DNA of 64,000 nucleotides from the NCBI GenBank assembly GCA_002493635.1, contig DKZL01000050.1, positions 3,516-67,515 on the forward strand, written 5' to 3'. The DNA is from Ruminococcaceae bacterium UBA7075 (GTDB lineage Bacteria; Bacillota; Clostridia; Oscillospirales; Acutalibacteraceae). Each line of letters opens with the position of its first letter. Position 1 is the first letter of the stretch. The position numbers and the translations under genes were made by a program. Below, piece by piece: positions 18,146-28,087 of this stretch. Under the pieces are notes generated by a model. It searched no databases. It was not told where the DNA came from and saw nothing but the letters and a program-made list of their open reading frames with translations.

Positions 18146-19813
18146 TCAGTTGTTATATTCTTTGAGCATTGACTCTGCGTGAGTCAGTGCCGCATCGGTA
18201 ATATTCACACCGCCTATAATTCGGGCAAGCTCGTTTTTTCTTCCGTTATGGTCAAGCGGCATAACTTCGGTAAAAGTTCTGCCCTGTTCAATCTGTTTAT
18301 GGATAAGATAGTGGAAATCCGCCAAAGCCGCAATCTGTGCCTGATGAGTAACGCAAAGCACTTGGCTGCTCTGTGAAACCTCCCTGAGTTTAAGTCCTAC
18401 CTTTTCGGCAGCTGAGCCTGATATTCCCGTATCAACCTCGTCAAAAATCAGAGTATCAACCGTATCCGTACTTGCAAGAACGGTTTTTATTGCAAGCATC
18501 ATTCTTGACAACTCGCCGCCGGACGCTATTTTTGCAACCGGACGAGGAGTTTCACCCGGATTTGCCGAAATTAACAGCTCGACCTTATCAATACCCTTTG
18601 CATAGAATTCAACCTCTTCAAACTGAGGTACAAGATCAACATTAGGCATATTCAGAAATTTCATTTCCTGTTTTACCTTGTCTGCAAATTCTTCAGCCGT
18701 TTTCTTTCGCAGATTCTGAAGCTTCTTAGCTGCATTCATTGCTTCTTCTTCCGCCTTGTCACAGGCTGTAATCAGGTCATCTCTTTTTTTATCGTAATTT
18801 ACAAGCTCATCAAGCCGTGCCTGCAGCTTCTCTGCAACATCAGGAAGCTCGTCACAGGTACAGCCGTATTTTCGGGAAAGGCGGTTCAGAAGGTCAAGTC
18901 TTTCCTCTATCTCCTCAAGGCGCTGAGGGTCGCTTTCAAGCGAATCAATAGCGTCATCTATGCTTTCCGCACAGTCACGCAAGTTATAATAAACATCGGA
19001 AATTGCCTCTGCAATAGGCTCATACTCATTATTATATTCAGCAGCCTTCTGAACAGAAGTCATTGCATAATCAACAGTTTCAACACCGCCGTCACAATTT
19101 TCGTCACCGCTTAAAAGCATTTTTGCTTTGTTTAACAGTGAGGAAATCTTTTCAAAACTCATCAATGCAGTCCGTTCATTTTCGAGTAACTCTTCTTCAC
19201 CAATCTTAACGTCGGCAGTATAAAGCTCATTAGTCTGAAAAGACAGCAAATCAATCTCTCTGAGGCGCTCGCTTTCATCTGAAACAGCTTCATTTAATTT
19301 CTTTTTAAGAATTTTGTATTCTCTGTATTTTTCTTTATAAGCATCAAGCAGACTGTTACAGCCTCCGTAGCTGTCGATATAATCTATATGTGTTTCCGGT
19401 GAAAACAGTTCATAGCTTTCGTGCTGACCGTGAATATTGATAAGGCTCTTTGAAAGCTCCCTGAGCATTGATAAAGTTGCAGGTCTACCGTTAATTTTAC
19501 AGGCGTTTTTTCCGCTCAGACTAATCGTCCTCTGTATTATCAGTGTACCCTCGTCATCATCAAAACCAAGTTCAGAAAGCTTTGCCTTAACATCATCATT
19601 TATATCCTCAAACTGTGCACTGACAAAAGCCGTACTTTCACCTGTGCGGATAATCTCCTTAGATGTACGCTGACCCATAACAGCGTTAATGGAGTCAATA
19701 ATAATACTCTTACCTGCACCTGTTTCACCCGTCAGAACATTAAGCCCCCGGTTAAAATCAATCGAGGTCTTTTCAATTACAGCAATATTCTCTATGTATA
19801 ATGTTTGTAACAT
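18146..19813 (-). CDS. recN: DNA repair protein RecN
   Basis: GETGAGKS, IHGQH, ASGGELSR, FDEVDTG, CVTHQAQIA. Confidence 0.97.
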   Translation of the reverse strand: MLQTLYIENIAVIEKTSIDFNRGLNVLTGETGAGKSIIIDSINAVMGQRTSKEIIRTGESTAFVSAQFEDINDDVKAKLSELGFDDDEGTLIIQRTISLSGKNACKINGRPATLSMLRELSKSLINIHGQHESYELFSPETHIDYIDSYGGCNSLLDAYKEKYREYKILKKKLNEAVSDESERLREIDLLSFQTNELYTADVKIGEEELLENERTALMSFEKISSLLNKAKMLLSGDENCDGGVETVDYAMTSVQKAAEYNNEYEPIAEAISDVYYNLRDCAESIDDAIDSLESDPQRLEEIEERLDLLNRLSRKYGCTCDELPDVAEKLQARLDELVNYDKKRDDLITACDKAEEEAMNAAKKLQNLRKKTAEEFADKVKQEMKFLNMPNVDLVPQFEEVEFYAKGIDKVELLISANPGETPRPVAKIASGGELSRMMLAIKTVLASTDTVDTLIFDEVDTGISGSAAEKVGLKLREVSQSSQVLCVTHQAQIAALADFHYLIHKQIEQGRTFTEVMPLDHNGRKNELARIIGGVNITDAALTHAESMLKEYNN

Positions 19814-19817
19814 AAAA

Positions 19818-20273
19818 TCATCCCTGTTTAATCAGTTTTTTGAGTTCATCCGAAAATCCCGATGCAAGCTCTTTTGAGCGGCAAGCAATAAAAATAGTAT
19901 CATCGCCGGCAATAGTGCCAACCACCGAATTGTAATTGATTGAGTCAAGCGATGCACAAATAGCCTGTGCCATACCGCTTAAAGTTTTGATTACAACAAT
20001 ATTTTCGGCTCTGTCTATTGACACAACGGCAGTGCCAAACAATGAAGAAAAACCCGACTGCAAATTTGTGGTGTTAATCTCGGCAGTCACATATCGGTAC
20101 TTTCCGTCACTGCCAAGGGTTTTGACAAGCCTCAAATCCTTAATATCACGGGAAATTGTCGCCTGCGTTGCTTTGTAGCCCTCAGATTTGAGTATTGTCA
20201 GCAGTTCATCCTGTGTTTCAATAGGCTTTTCTGCAATAATGTCAAGAATTCTTGCATGACGTCCCGACTTCAT
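19818..20273 (-). CDS. argR: Arginine repressor
   Basis: TQATISRDIKDL, GTIAGDDT. Confidence 0.96.
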   Translation of the reverse strand: MKSGRHARILDIIAEKPIETQDELLTILKSEGYKATQATISRDIKDLRLVKTLGSDGKYRYVTAEINTTNLQSGFSSLFGTAVVSIDRAENIVVIKTLSGMAQAICASLDSINYNSVVGTIAGDDTIFIACRSKELASGFSDELKKLIKQG

Positions 20274-21130
20274 CAGATTTCCCTCTCTTTCAGTTTTTCG
20301 TTAAGTCGTTTATAAAAATTGCGTTTATACAAAGAAATAAGCTTAAGCTTAAGCTCGGACTTCCTTATAATTACTCTGTCCTCTGCCAGAATGTCAACGT
20401 TTTTCTCACCGTCAATCGTAAGCACACAGCAGCATTCAGACGGAATTTTAACCGTTATTGAAAGCTCTGATTCTCCGCTGAACAACACAGAGCGTGAAAA
20501 CAGCGAGTGCGGACACACGGGAGTCATCATAAGACAATCCATTTGCGGAGCAACAATGGGACCGCCTGCCGACAGAGAATAAGCGGTTGAACCTGTCGGA
20601 GTAGCAAAAAGCAATCCGTCAGCTCTGTAATTTGCAATTTCTTCACCGTCAAGCGACAATTTTAAATCGACAATCTTTGACAGCTGACCTCTTGCTATAA
20701 TTGCATCATTTACCGCAAGATAATGTCTTGATTTACCGTTCTTTATAACTTCAACATCAAGCAAAATTCTGCTTTCAGTCTGGTAGTCGCCTTTTAAAAT
20801 TCTTAAAAGGCTCTCAGTTTCATCAGGTTCAACCTCAGCAGCAAATCCAAGTCTGCCGACATTCACACCGATAAGAGGCGTATTTTGCCTTGCCGAATAT
20901 TTGGCTGCGTGGATAATTGTGCCGTCTCCGCCTACTGTTATTGCAATATCGGCACTCTCAAACATCTCTTCTATATTATCAATGTATGTTATCTGTATTC
21001 CCTTAAAAAGCTCTCTGTACTCAGAAAGCATAAGCACTTCTGCATTATTTGCAAGCATAAGAATTGCAATTTCTCTGGCACAGGTAATCGCCTTTTGCTT
21101 GGAAAGATTCAGTACAACTGCTGTTTTCAT
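20273..21130 (-). CDS. nadK: NAD kinase
   Basis: GGDGT, GRLGF, TPTGSTAYSLSAGG; start moved to ATG 21130. Confidence 0.95.
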   Translation of the reverse strand: MKTAVVLNLSKQKAITCAREIAILMLANNAEVLMLSEYRELFKGIQITYIDNIEEMFESADIAITVGGDGTIIHAAKYSARQNTPLIGVNVGRLGFAAEVEPDETESLLRILKGDYQTESRILLDVEVIKNGKSRHYLAVNDAIIARGQLSKIVDLKLSLDGEEIANYRADGLLFATPTGSTAYSLSAGGPIVAPQMDCLMMTPVCPHSLFSRSVLFSGESELSITVKIPSECCCVLTIDGEKNVDILAEDRVIIRKSELKLKLISLYKRNFYKRLNEKLKEREI

Positions 21131-21146
21131 AATATCATTCCTTGTA

Positions 21147-21953
21147 CTACTGCCTGTCAAGTGCTTCGTGAGACCTTTTGACAAGCTCATCGGGAGTTAT
21201 ATCCGTATATGATTGAGGGGCATCGCTGTATTTTAAGTGTATCAGGTACTCGATATTCCCCTCGGGACCTTTAATCGGAGAAAAGTCAATATTAAGAACA
21301 TCAAAACCGTTTTCAAGACAAAAATCAAAAATATTCTGTACAACCTCTGCATGAACAGCAGGATCACGCACAACACCTTTTTTGCCTACCTTCTCCCGTC
21401 CTGCCTCAAACTGCGGTTTGATAAGACACACAGCCTCTGCGTTATCTGCCATAAGCCTACGTGCAACCGGCAAAATCAGCTTCAATGAAATAAATGAAAC
21501 ATCAACCGAAAAAAAGTCGATTTTATCGGGAACCTGCTCACTTGTGACCTTACGCATATTGGTGCGTTCAAGATTAACAACTCTTTCATCATTTCTCAGC
21601 TTCCATGCAAGCTGGCCGTAGCCGACATCAATGGAATAAACCTTTTTAGCTCCGTTTTGAAGCATACAGTCGGTAAAGCCGCCGGTTGAAGCTCCTATAT
21701 CCATTGTTATTTTATCATTCAGGCTAAGATCAAAATTATTGATGGCTTTTTCAAGCTTCAGCCCGCCACGGCTGACATACTTTTGCACATTTCCTCTGAC
21801 TTCAATATTTGCATTTTCGTCATAGGATGTACCGCACTTATCTGCTTTCTGGTTATCAACATATACCTGACCTGCCATAATAACAGCCTTTGCCTTTTCA
21901 CGACTGTCGGTAAATCCCTTTTCAAAAACCAATATATCTAATCTTTTTTTCAT
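21147..21953 (-). CDS. tlyA: TlyA-family rRNA 2'-O-methyltransferase (YqxC)
   Basis: YVSRGGLKL, DIGASTGGFTD, DVSFISL, KPQFE. Confidence 0.95.
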   Translation of the reverse strand: MKKRLDILVFEKGFTDSREKAKAVIMAGQVYVDNQKADKCGTSYDENANIEVRGNVQKYVSRGGLKLEKAINNFDLSLNDKITMDIGASTGGFTDCMLQNGAKKVYSIDVGYGQLAWKLRNDERVVNLERTNMRKVTSEQVPDKIDFFSVDVSFISLKLILPVARRLMADNAEAVCLIKPQFEAGREKVGKKGVVRDPAVHAEVVQNIFDFCLENGFDVLNIDFSPIKGPEGNIEYLIHLKYSDAPQSYTDITPDELVKRSHEALDRQ

Positions 21954-21956
21954 AAA

Positions 21957-23828
21957 TCAACCATTGTCCTTAATTTCGTTTGAAATAATATCTGTCATAC
22001 CCTTATCATCAAGCTTTAACATATTGAGAGCTTCGTTTACCGACATTTGCTTTACAAATTTATCATTGATAGCTTTTATATGATAATTTCCGTTAAAATC
22101 GGTACATACAAGCATATCCGAAAAATTTCTGGCTATTCCGCCGTTTTTTATTCCCTCTTCAAAAAACCATACATTTTTAAAGTTTGCCGCAAACTCAACT
22201 GCTCTGCTGTCAATAGGTTTAATCCTGCAAAGCTTAAGAATACACACATCAATTCCCATTTCTGCAAGCTTTTCCTTTGCTTTGCAGGCATAAGAAAACA
22301 ATCTGCCATAGGTAATCAAAAGATTTTTGCCGTCCTTATTTCCGTAAACATCATATTCAATGCTTTCACTTTCAAAGTCCGACGGTCTGTACAGCTCTCC
22401 TCCCCGTGGATAGCGCACAACAGCAAGGCTGTCGCAAACGTAAACCGCGGTAGACAAAGACTTTCTCATTCCCTCAAAATATGTCGGAGAAAAAATTGTA
22501 GTGTTAGGAATTGTGTTAAGCATTGAAACATCGAACACACCCTGATGAGTTTCACCGTCATCGCCGACAATGCCTGCCCTGTCAATAGCGACTGTCAGAT
22601 GAAGCCTGCCGAGTGCCGCATCATGAATAAGCTGGTCATATGAACGCTGTAAGAATGTTGAATAAACTGCAAAGACAGGACGCATACCCTTTGCCGCAAG
22701 TCCGCAGCCAAAAGTAACAGCGTGCTCCTCTGCAATTCCGACATCAAAAAATCTTTCCTTATACTGCTTTGAAAACTCATTAAGTCCTGTGCCTGATGCC
22801 ATTGCCGCTGTAATTGCACACACCTTTTTGTCCTTTTCGGCAAGCTCACACATCAGCTTTCCGAATTCAGCAGAAAAGCCTTTGTGACTTGAAAGCAGCT
22901 CGCCTGAATCTATGTCAAATTTGCCTATTCCGTGAAACTCGCCCGGCTTGTCCTCAGCCGGCTGATAGCCTTTTCCCTTTTTTGTTACAACATGTATTAT
23001 TACAGGAGAATTAATCTTCTTGGCGGCAGAAAAGGCATTTTCCATATCTGCAATATTATGACCGTCAATCGGACCGAGGTAGGTAAATCCAAAGCAATCA
23101 AAAAGTGTGTTTTTATAAACAAGATTTTTAATGCGTGATTTTCCCCTCTGGAGAAACCGCTTAACAGGCTTGCCAAAGACGGGAATCTTTGTAAGAATCC
23201 GTTCCGTAATGTGCTTAACTCGTATATACCACGGTCTGATTCTTACAGAAGTCAGATACCTTGGGAAAGCACCTACGTTCTTGGAAATTGACATTTTATT
23301 GTCATTCAGAACAACAATAAAATTTTTATTGAATCTTCCTGCATTGTTCATCGCTTCAAATGCAAGTCCGCCTGTAAAAGAGCCGTCGCCGATTACTGCC
23401 ACCGTATGACTCTGGTCGCCGCTGAGCATCTTGGCATTCGCAATTCCGAAAGCCGCTGAAATTGAGGTACTGCTGTGACCTGTATTAAAATCATCATACT
23501 TGCTTTCATCACGCTTTGGGAAGCCTGAAATTCCTCCTTTGGTACGTAATGTATCAAATTGCTCGTACCGACCCGTAAGCAGCTTGTGAACATAGCTCTG
23601 ATGACCGACATCCCACACAACGCTGTCCTTAGGCAGGTTAAAGCTGCGGTGTAAAGCAACCGTAAGTTCAACCACGCCGAGGTTTGGCGAAAGATGTCCT
23701 CCGTTGACAGACACGGTTTCAACAAGCTTTTCCCTTATTTCAGTACAAAGCTCAGGAATATCATCTTCGTTCAGCTTTTTTACATCAGCAGGTGATTTAA
23801 TTTTTGACAAAAGTTTATAGTCACCCAT
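21957..23828 (-). CDS. dxs: 1-deoxy-D-xylulose-5-phosphate synthase
   Basis: GGHLSPNLG, WDVGHQ, GDGS, DVGIAEEH, DGETHQG; start placed at ATG 23828. Confidence 0.96.
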   Translation of the reverse strand: MGDYKLLSKIKSPADVKKLNEDDIPELCTEIREKLVETVSVNGGHLSPNLGVVELTVALHRSFNLPKDSVVWDVGHQSYVHKLLTGRYEQFDTLRTKGGISGFPKRDESKYDDFNTGHSSTSISAAFGIANAKMLSGDQSHTVAVIGDGSFTGGLAFEAMNNAGRFNKNFIVVLNDNKMSISKNVGAFPRYLTSVRIRPWYIRVKHITERILTKIPVFGKPVKRFLQRGKSRIKNLVYKNTLFDCFGFTYLGPIDGHNIADMENAFSAAKKINSPVIIHVVTKKGKGYQPAEDKPGEFHGIGKFDIDSGELLSSHKGFSAEFGKLMCELAEKDKKVCAITAAMASGTGLNEFSKQYKERFFDVGIAEEHAVTFGCGLAAKGMRPVFAVYSTFLQRSYDQLIHDAALGRLHLTVAIDRAGIVGDDGETHQGVFDVSMLNTIPNTTIFSPTYFEGMRKSLSTAVYVCDSLAVVRYPRGGELYRPSDFESESIEYDVYGNKDGKNLLITYGRLFSYACKAKEKLAEMGIDVCILKLCRIKPIDSRAVEFAANFKNVWFFEEGIKNGGIARNFSDMLVCTDFNGNYHIKAINDKFVKQMSVNEALNMLKLDDKGMTDIISNEIKDNG

Positions 23829-23859
23829 AATCCTATACCTATCCAATATTTCAATTTCT

Positions 23860-24034
23860 ATCGCCGTTCAATAAGCAGCCGGTGGGCTGCACTTATTCGT
23901 GCAGACAGCACCATATGAAAATTAACTTCTATGCCGACTGCCAAAGTATGAGCAATTCCCTAAACTCTGTGATACCGAGTTTTCTTATAATGCATTTTAT
24001 ATAACGGATAAAGTGCCAACCGGCACCAAGCAAT
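23860..24034 (-). ncRNA. Candidate structured RNA (long imperfect rod) between ispA and dxs
   Basis: Nested end-to-end complementarity found by eye, with G-U pairs favouring the minus strand; family not recognised. Confidence 0.4.
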
Positions 24035-24052
24035 TTCCAATAATGCAAAAAT

Positions 24053-24925
24053 TTATTTTGTTCTTTCTGCAAGCTCATATGCAAACTTTTTAAGAGTATT
24101 TATGTCTCCGTTAAAATATTCAAGTGCTTCTACGGCATTTTCAGTAAGTAAATTAACAAGCTTTGCACACTCTGAAACTCCTAAAAGTGAAACATAAGTT
24201 GACTTATTGTTATCGTTGTCACTGCCGACCGGCTTGCCAAGTTCATCGTTTGTGGAGGTTACATCAAGAATATCATCTTTAATCTGAAACGCAATGCCGA
24301 TACACTCACCGTACCTTGACGCCGCTTTAATCTGCTGTTCGGATGCACCTGCAGAAATTGCACCCATTTCACAAGCAGCCTTAATGAGGCACGCTGTCTT
24401 TTTGTAATCCATTTCACGCAATACTTCAATCGGTGCGTCAGTGTTTTCGCTTAAGAGGTCAATTACCTGACCGCCTACCATTCCGTTTGCACCCGCATAC
24501 CTTGAAAGAACATTTGCACACTGTCTGCAAGCCTTTTCACCAACCAGTTCAGCAGTCTTGTCATTTGTCATAATCTCAAAAGCAAGCGTTTGCAGCGCAT
24601 CGCCTGCAAGCAGAGCAATATCCTCGCCGTAAACCTTATGGTTAGACGGCTTGCCTCTGCGCAAATCATCGTCATCCATACACGGCAAATCATCGTGAAT
24701 AAGTGAGTATGTGTGTATCATTTCTACTGCACAAGCAAACGGTGTTGCTCCTTCGGGGAATCCGTTGCAAAGGGCATTAAACTCAAAAACAAGCCTTGGT
24801 CTTACTCTTTTTCCGCCTGCTGCAAGGCTGTACTGCATCGCTTCAATAAGTTTTTTCTCTCTGCAATCCTTTAAAGGCAGATACGCTGCAAGAGCCTCCT
24901 CGGTCGTTTTAAGGTAGTCAAACAT
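24053..24925 (-). CDS. ispA: Geranyltranstransferase / FPP synthase
   Basis: GGKRVRP, HDDLPCMDDDDLRRG, FQIKDDILD; start moved to ATG 24925. Confidence 0.95.
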   Translation of the reverse strand: MFDYLKTTEEALAAYLPLKDCREKKLIEAMQYSLAAGGKRVRPRLVFEFNALCNGFPEGATPFACAVEMIHTYSLIHDDLPCMDDDDLRRGKPSNHKVYGEDIALLAGDALQTLAFEIMTNDKTAELVGEKACRQCANVLSRYAGANGMVGGQVIDLLSENTDAPIEVLREMDYKKTACLIKAACEMGAISAGASEQQIKAASRYGECIGIAFQIKDDILDVTSTNDELGKPVGSDNDNNKSTYVSLLGVSECAKLVNLLTENAVEALEYFNGDINTLKKFAYELAERTK

Positions 24926-25145
24926 TGAATTCACCCTCTCCGTTTTTAAGCTTTTGTATTCTCTCATTTATATCAACAATCTCACCCTTGCAGGTTTCAA
25001 GCTTATTCATACAGTATGCAAGCAGTTCACACGCCTTTGAATATTCCTCAACGCTCTGCTGTAAAGTAAGATTTCCGTTTTCCATTTTAGAAACAATTTC
25101 TTCAAGCTTTTTATTAGCCTCTTCAAAAGTCAGTTTATCACTCAT
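24918..25145 (-). CDS. xseB: Exodeoxyribonuclease VII small subunit
   Basis: TFEEA...LEEIV..ME.G.L.L..S...Y pattern; upstream of ispA. Confidence 0.9.
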   Translation of the reverse strand: MSDKLTFEEANKKLEEIVSKMENGNLTLQQSVEEYSKACELLAYCMNKLETCKGEIVDINERIQKLKNGEGEFNV

Positions 25146-26070
25146 TTTTTCCTCCTATAATCGGCGCATATTCCAAAAGCTTCTGCATTCTGTGGTTTGC
25201 ACCGCTTCGGCTGATCGGCGGTACAAGGTTCTGTCCTAAATCTCTTAAAGACATTTCAGGATTTTCAAGCCTCAAATATGCAATTTCTTTTAAATCGTCG
25301 GGTAAAGTTTCAAGTCCGTGATGCTTTTGAATATACTTAATCGCCTCAATCTGTTTTGCAGACGCTGAAGCAACCTTAACAATATTAGCCAACTCTCCGT
25401 TAATGCGCCTGTTGACATTATTGCGTACCTGCTTTACAGCCTTAGTACCCATAATTTCCATTGCGCTGTGACCTGCGCCTATGTAAGTCAGCAAATCACA
25501 AATCTGTTCGCTGCCCTTAAAATATACAACATAACTTCCGTTTCTTGTTACGGTCTTTGGACTTAGAGCACATTCGGTTATTTCCGACAGAAGCTTACAT
25601 AAGTCGACAGACAGATTTTTATGCGGAACACAAAACTCGGCATGATAGCTTTTGTTGGGGTCAGACACCGAACCGCAGCTCAAAAACACACCTCTGATGA
25701 AAGCCGCTGACAGTTCGTCAGAGCTGAGATTAGCCCTGTTTACCCTGCGTGTAATCTGAAATGCTGAATGGCCGAAATCTTCAAATATTTTTTTGCATTC
25801 ATTCGGATCAACAATAATCACCTTATAAAGATGCTTGTCAGTGTTTTTTATGCGCAAGTCTGTTTGTCTTTCAATAATTGGCATATATATTTTTTGCAGT
25901 ATATCCGTTACCCTTTTACAAGCATAAAGATTTTCTGTTTTAAAAACAATTCTGCTGTCTGAAAAATCCTTATCAAACAGCAGCATCCCATAAAGCTCTG
26001 CCTTTAAAGCTTCCGCATCGTCAACCTCAACCTGACAAAGCTCTTTTTTTATATCCGAAGAAAAAGACAC
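25138..26070 (-). CDS. whiA: DNA-binding protein WhiA
   Basis: FIRGVFLSCGSVSDP.KSYH, RNNVNR..N, C-terminal HTH SL..LG...PPISRSG.NHR. Confidence 0.93.
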   Translation of the reverse strand: MSFSSDIKKELCQVEVDDAEALKAELYGMLLFDKDFSDSRIVFKTENLYACKRVTDILQKIYMPIIERQTDLRIKNTDKHLYKVIIVDPNECKKIFEDFGHSAFQITRRVNRANLSSDELSAAFIRGVFLSCGSVSDPNKSYHAEFCVPHKNLSVDLCKLLSEITECALSPKTVTRNGSYVVYFKGSEQICDLLTYIGAGHSAMEIMGTKAVKQVRNNVNRRINGELANIVKVASASAKQIEAIKYIQKHHGLETLPDDLKEIAYLRLENPEMSLRDLGQNLVPPISRSGANHRMQKLLEYAPIIGGKNE

Positions 26071-26082
26071 AATGCTCTCCTT

Positions 26083-26958
26083 TTATTTTGCAATATCTCT
26101 GTGCTGAATAATACACTTATAGGCTTTTTTTACAAAATGCTCCTCAAGCTGTCTTGCTATGGTAACGCTTCTGTGCTTACCGCCTGTACATCCTATGCCG
26201 ACAACCAATTCGCTTTTTCCTTCTTTCAGATACAGTGGTACTGAAAAGTCAAGCAGATTAAGAGTACGGGCAATAAATTCCTGTGTGTCGTCGCTATTTA
26301 GTACATAGGTTCGCACATCTTCATCAAGTCCTGTAAGAGACTTAAGTTCAGGAATGTAAAACGGATTGGGAAGACATCTTACATCAATAATCAGATCAGC
26401 TTCAAGCGGTATTCCGTATTTAAATCCGAACGACATAAACGTTAGTGTAAGGCTTTGTGAGGTATCGTCCATAAACATCGACTTAACACGCTCTGCAAGC
26501 TGTTTGTTTGACATATACGTGGTATCAATATTATAATCGGCAATTGTTTTTACAGGTAATAAAAGTGCCTTTTCAAATTCAACCGCTTCAACAACCGAAC
26601 CGTCCTTCAGTCTCTCAGACAGAGGATGCTTTCTGCGTGTTTCCTTATACCTTGTAATCAGGCAGTCAACCTTTGCATCAAAGAACAACACACTTACATC
26701 ACTGTGACTACTCTTAAACTGATTGATGTCAGAATATACCTTTTCAAAATTTTCGTTACCTCTCACATCAACAACCACCGCAACACGCTTCATCATATTG
26801 TCCTCTGCCTTTGAGCAAAGTGTGTACAGTGTTGAAAGAAGCGATGAAGGAATGTTGTCAACGCAATAATATCCAATATCTTCAAGAATGTGCAAGGCAC
26901 TTGTTTTGCCTGCACCTGACATTCCTGTAATAATTACAAATTCCATAATATCATCCAT
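26083..26958 (-). CDS. rapZ: RNase adapter RapZ/YvcJ P-loop NTPase
   Basis: TGMSGAGKT, SFGFKYGIP, GCTGGKHRSV. Confidence 0.95.
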   Translation of the reverse strand: MDDIMEFVIITGMSGAGKTSALHILEDIGYYCVDNIPSSLLSTLYTLCSKAEDNMMKRVAVVVDVRGNENFEKVYSDINQFKSSHSDVSVLFFDAKVDCLITRYKETRRKHPLSERLKDGSVVEAVEFEKALLLPVKTIADYNIDTTYMSNKQLAERVKSMFMDDTSQSLTLTFMSFGFKYGIPLEADLIIDVRCLPNPFYIPELKSLTGLDEDVRTYVLNSDDTQEFIARTLNLLDFSVPLYLKEGKSELVVGIGCTGGKHRSVTIARQLEEHFVKKAYKCIIQHRDIAK

Positions 26959-27048
26959 TTTCTTTTCATAAAATTAACAGTTAACAGGTTAATTCACATA
27001 ATTGCCCCTGTAAAAATTTTGTAAAAACCGTTAGTCAGCAAAATTCAT

Positions 27049-27951
27049 TTAAATCATTATAAGTTCACATTCGAGGTCAAAATCCGTTTCGGATTTAACG
27101 GTATTCTGAATTTCTTTTATAAGATTTTTTACATCCTTCGCAGTGGCATTTGACTTATTAATGATAAATCCTGCGTGTTTTTCAGAAACCTGAGCACCAC
27201 CAACGGTTTTCCCCTTCAGTCCGCACTGTTCAATAAGAGTGCCTGCAAACGCCCCCTCCGGACGCTTGAAAACACTGCCGGCACTCGGAAACTCAAGCGG
27301 CTGCTTACTTGCTCTGCGAGACAGAAAATCGTCCATTTTCTCTTGAATTTCGCTCTTCTGAGCCTTGTTAAGTTTTAAGGTTATGCCCGTAATAATGCAG
27401 CCGTTACTGCGATAAACACTGTTTCTGTATCCGAACTCAAGTTTATCCTTGTCGGTTCTTCCGATTTCGCCTTCTTTAGTGATATGAGAAACCGAATAAA
27501 CAACATCCTTCATCTCGCCGCCATAGGCACCTGCATTCATAAACACTGCACCGCCTACCGTACCGGGAATACCCCATGCAAATTCAAGCCCCGACAGACC
27601 GTTTTTCAAAGCAAACTTGCACAAGGCTGCCAAAGACGCACCTGCTCCGCAATATATTGTAGTTTCATCAAGTAAAACAATATTTCTTAGTTCTCCGTCA
27701 AGGCGAATAACCGCCTTATCAAGACCATCGTCAGACACCAGAAGATTGCTGCCGTTTCCGATAATCATAAAATCAATCTCAGAATTTTTACATTCCTTTA
27801 TTATTGTACTCAGCTTACTCAGCGTACCCACCTTAACATATGTACTTGCATTACCGCCGATTTTAAATGTTGTATGTCTGCTCATTGGTTCATTTTTGCG
27901 AGCGTCACACTCTAAAACCTTAGCAAGATTATAGATTATGGTTGTATCCAT
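27049..27951 (-). CDS. murB: UDP-N-acetylmuramate dehydrogenase
   Basis: HTTFKIGG, GNGSNLL, GIPGTVGG..MNAGAYG, PSAGSVFKRP. Confidence 0.96.
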   Translation of the reverse strand: MDTTIIYNLAKVLECDARKNEPMSRHTTFKIGGNASTYVKVGTLSKLSTIIKECKNSEIDFMIIGNGSNLLVSDDGLDKAVIRLDGELRNIVLLDETTIYCGAGASLAALCKFALKNGLSGLEFAWGIPGTVGGAVFMNAGAYGGEMKDVVYSVSHITKEGEIGRTDKDKLEFGYRNSVYRSNGCIITGITLKLNKAQKSEIQEKMDDFLSRRASKQPLEFPSAGSVFKRPEGAFAGTLIEQCGLKGKTVGGAQVSEKHAGFIINKSNATAKDVKNLIKEIQNTVKSETDFDLECELIMI

Positions 27952-28087
27952 AAATTACCCCCGAATAATTTACATTATATATTAATATGATATATTTTTC
28001 TCTTCAAAATATGACTTTAATCTCTCAACCATATTGTTTAGGAATCACTGTTTCCTTTACACTCTACTTATCAGTAAAATCAATTTA

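Noticed and set aside
23847-24052. Full OLE RNA, or a TPP, cobalamin, lysine or T-box riboswitch
   Set aside because: About 200 nt is too short for OLE and there is no oapA; I could not find the signature motifs of these riboswitches
26973-26994. TTAACAG short tandem repeat upstream of rapZ
   Set aside because: Only two units in AT-rich DNA; not distinguishable from chance
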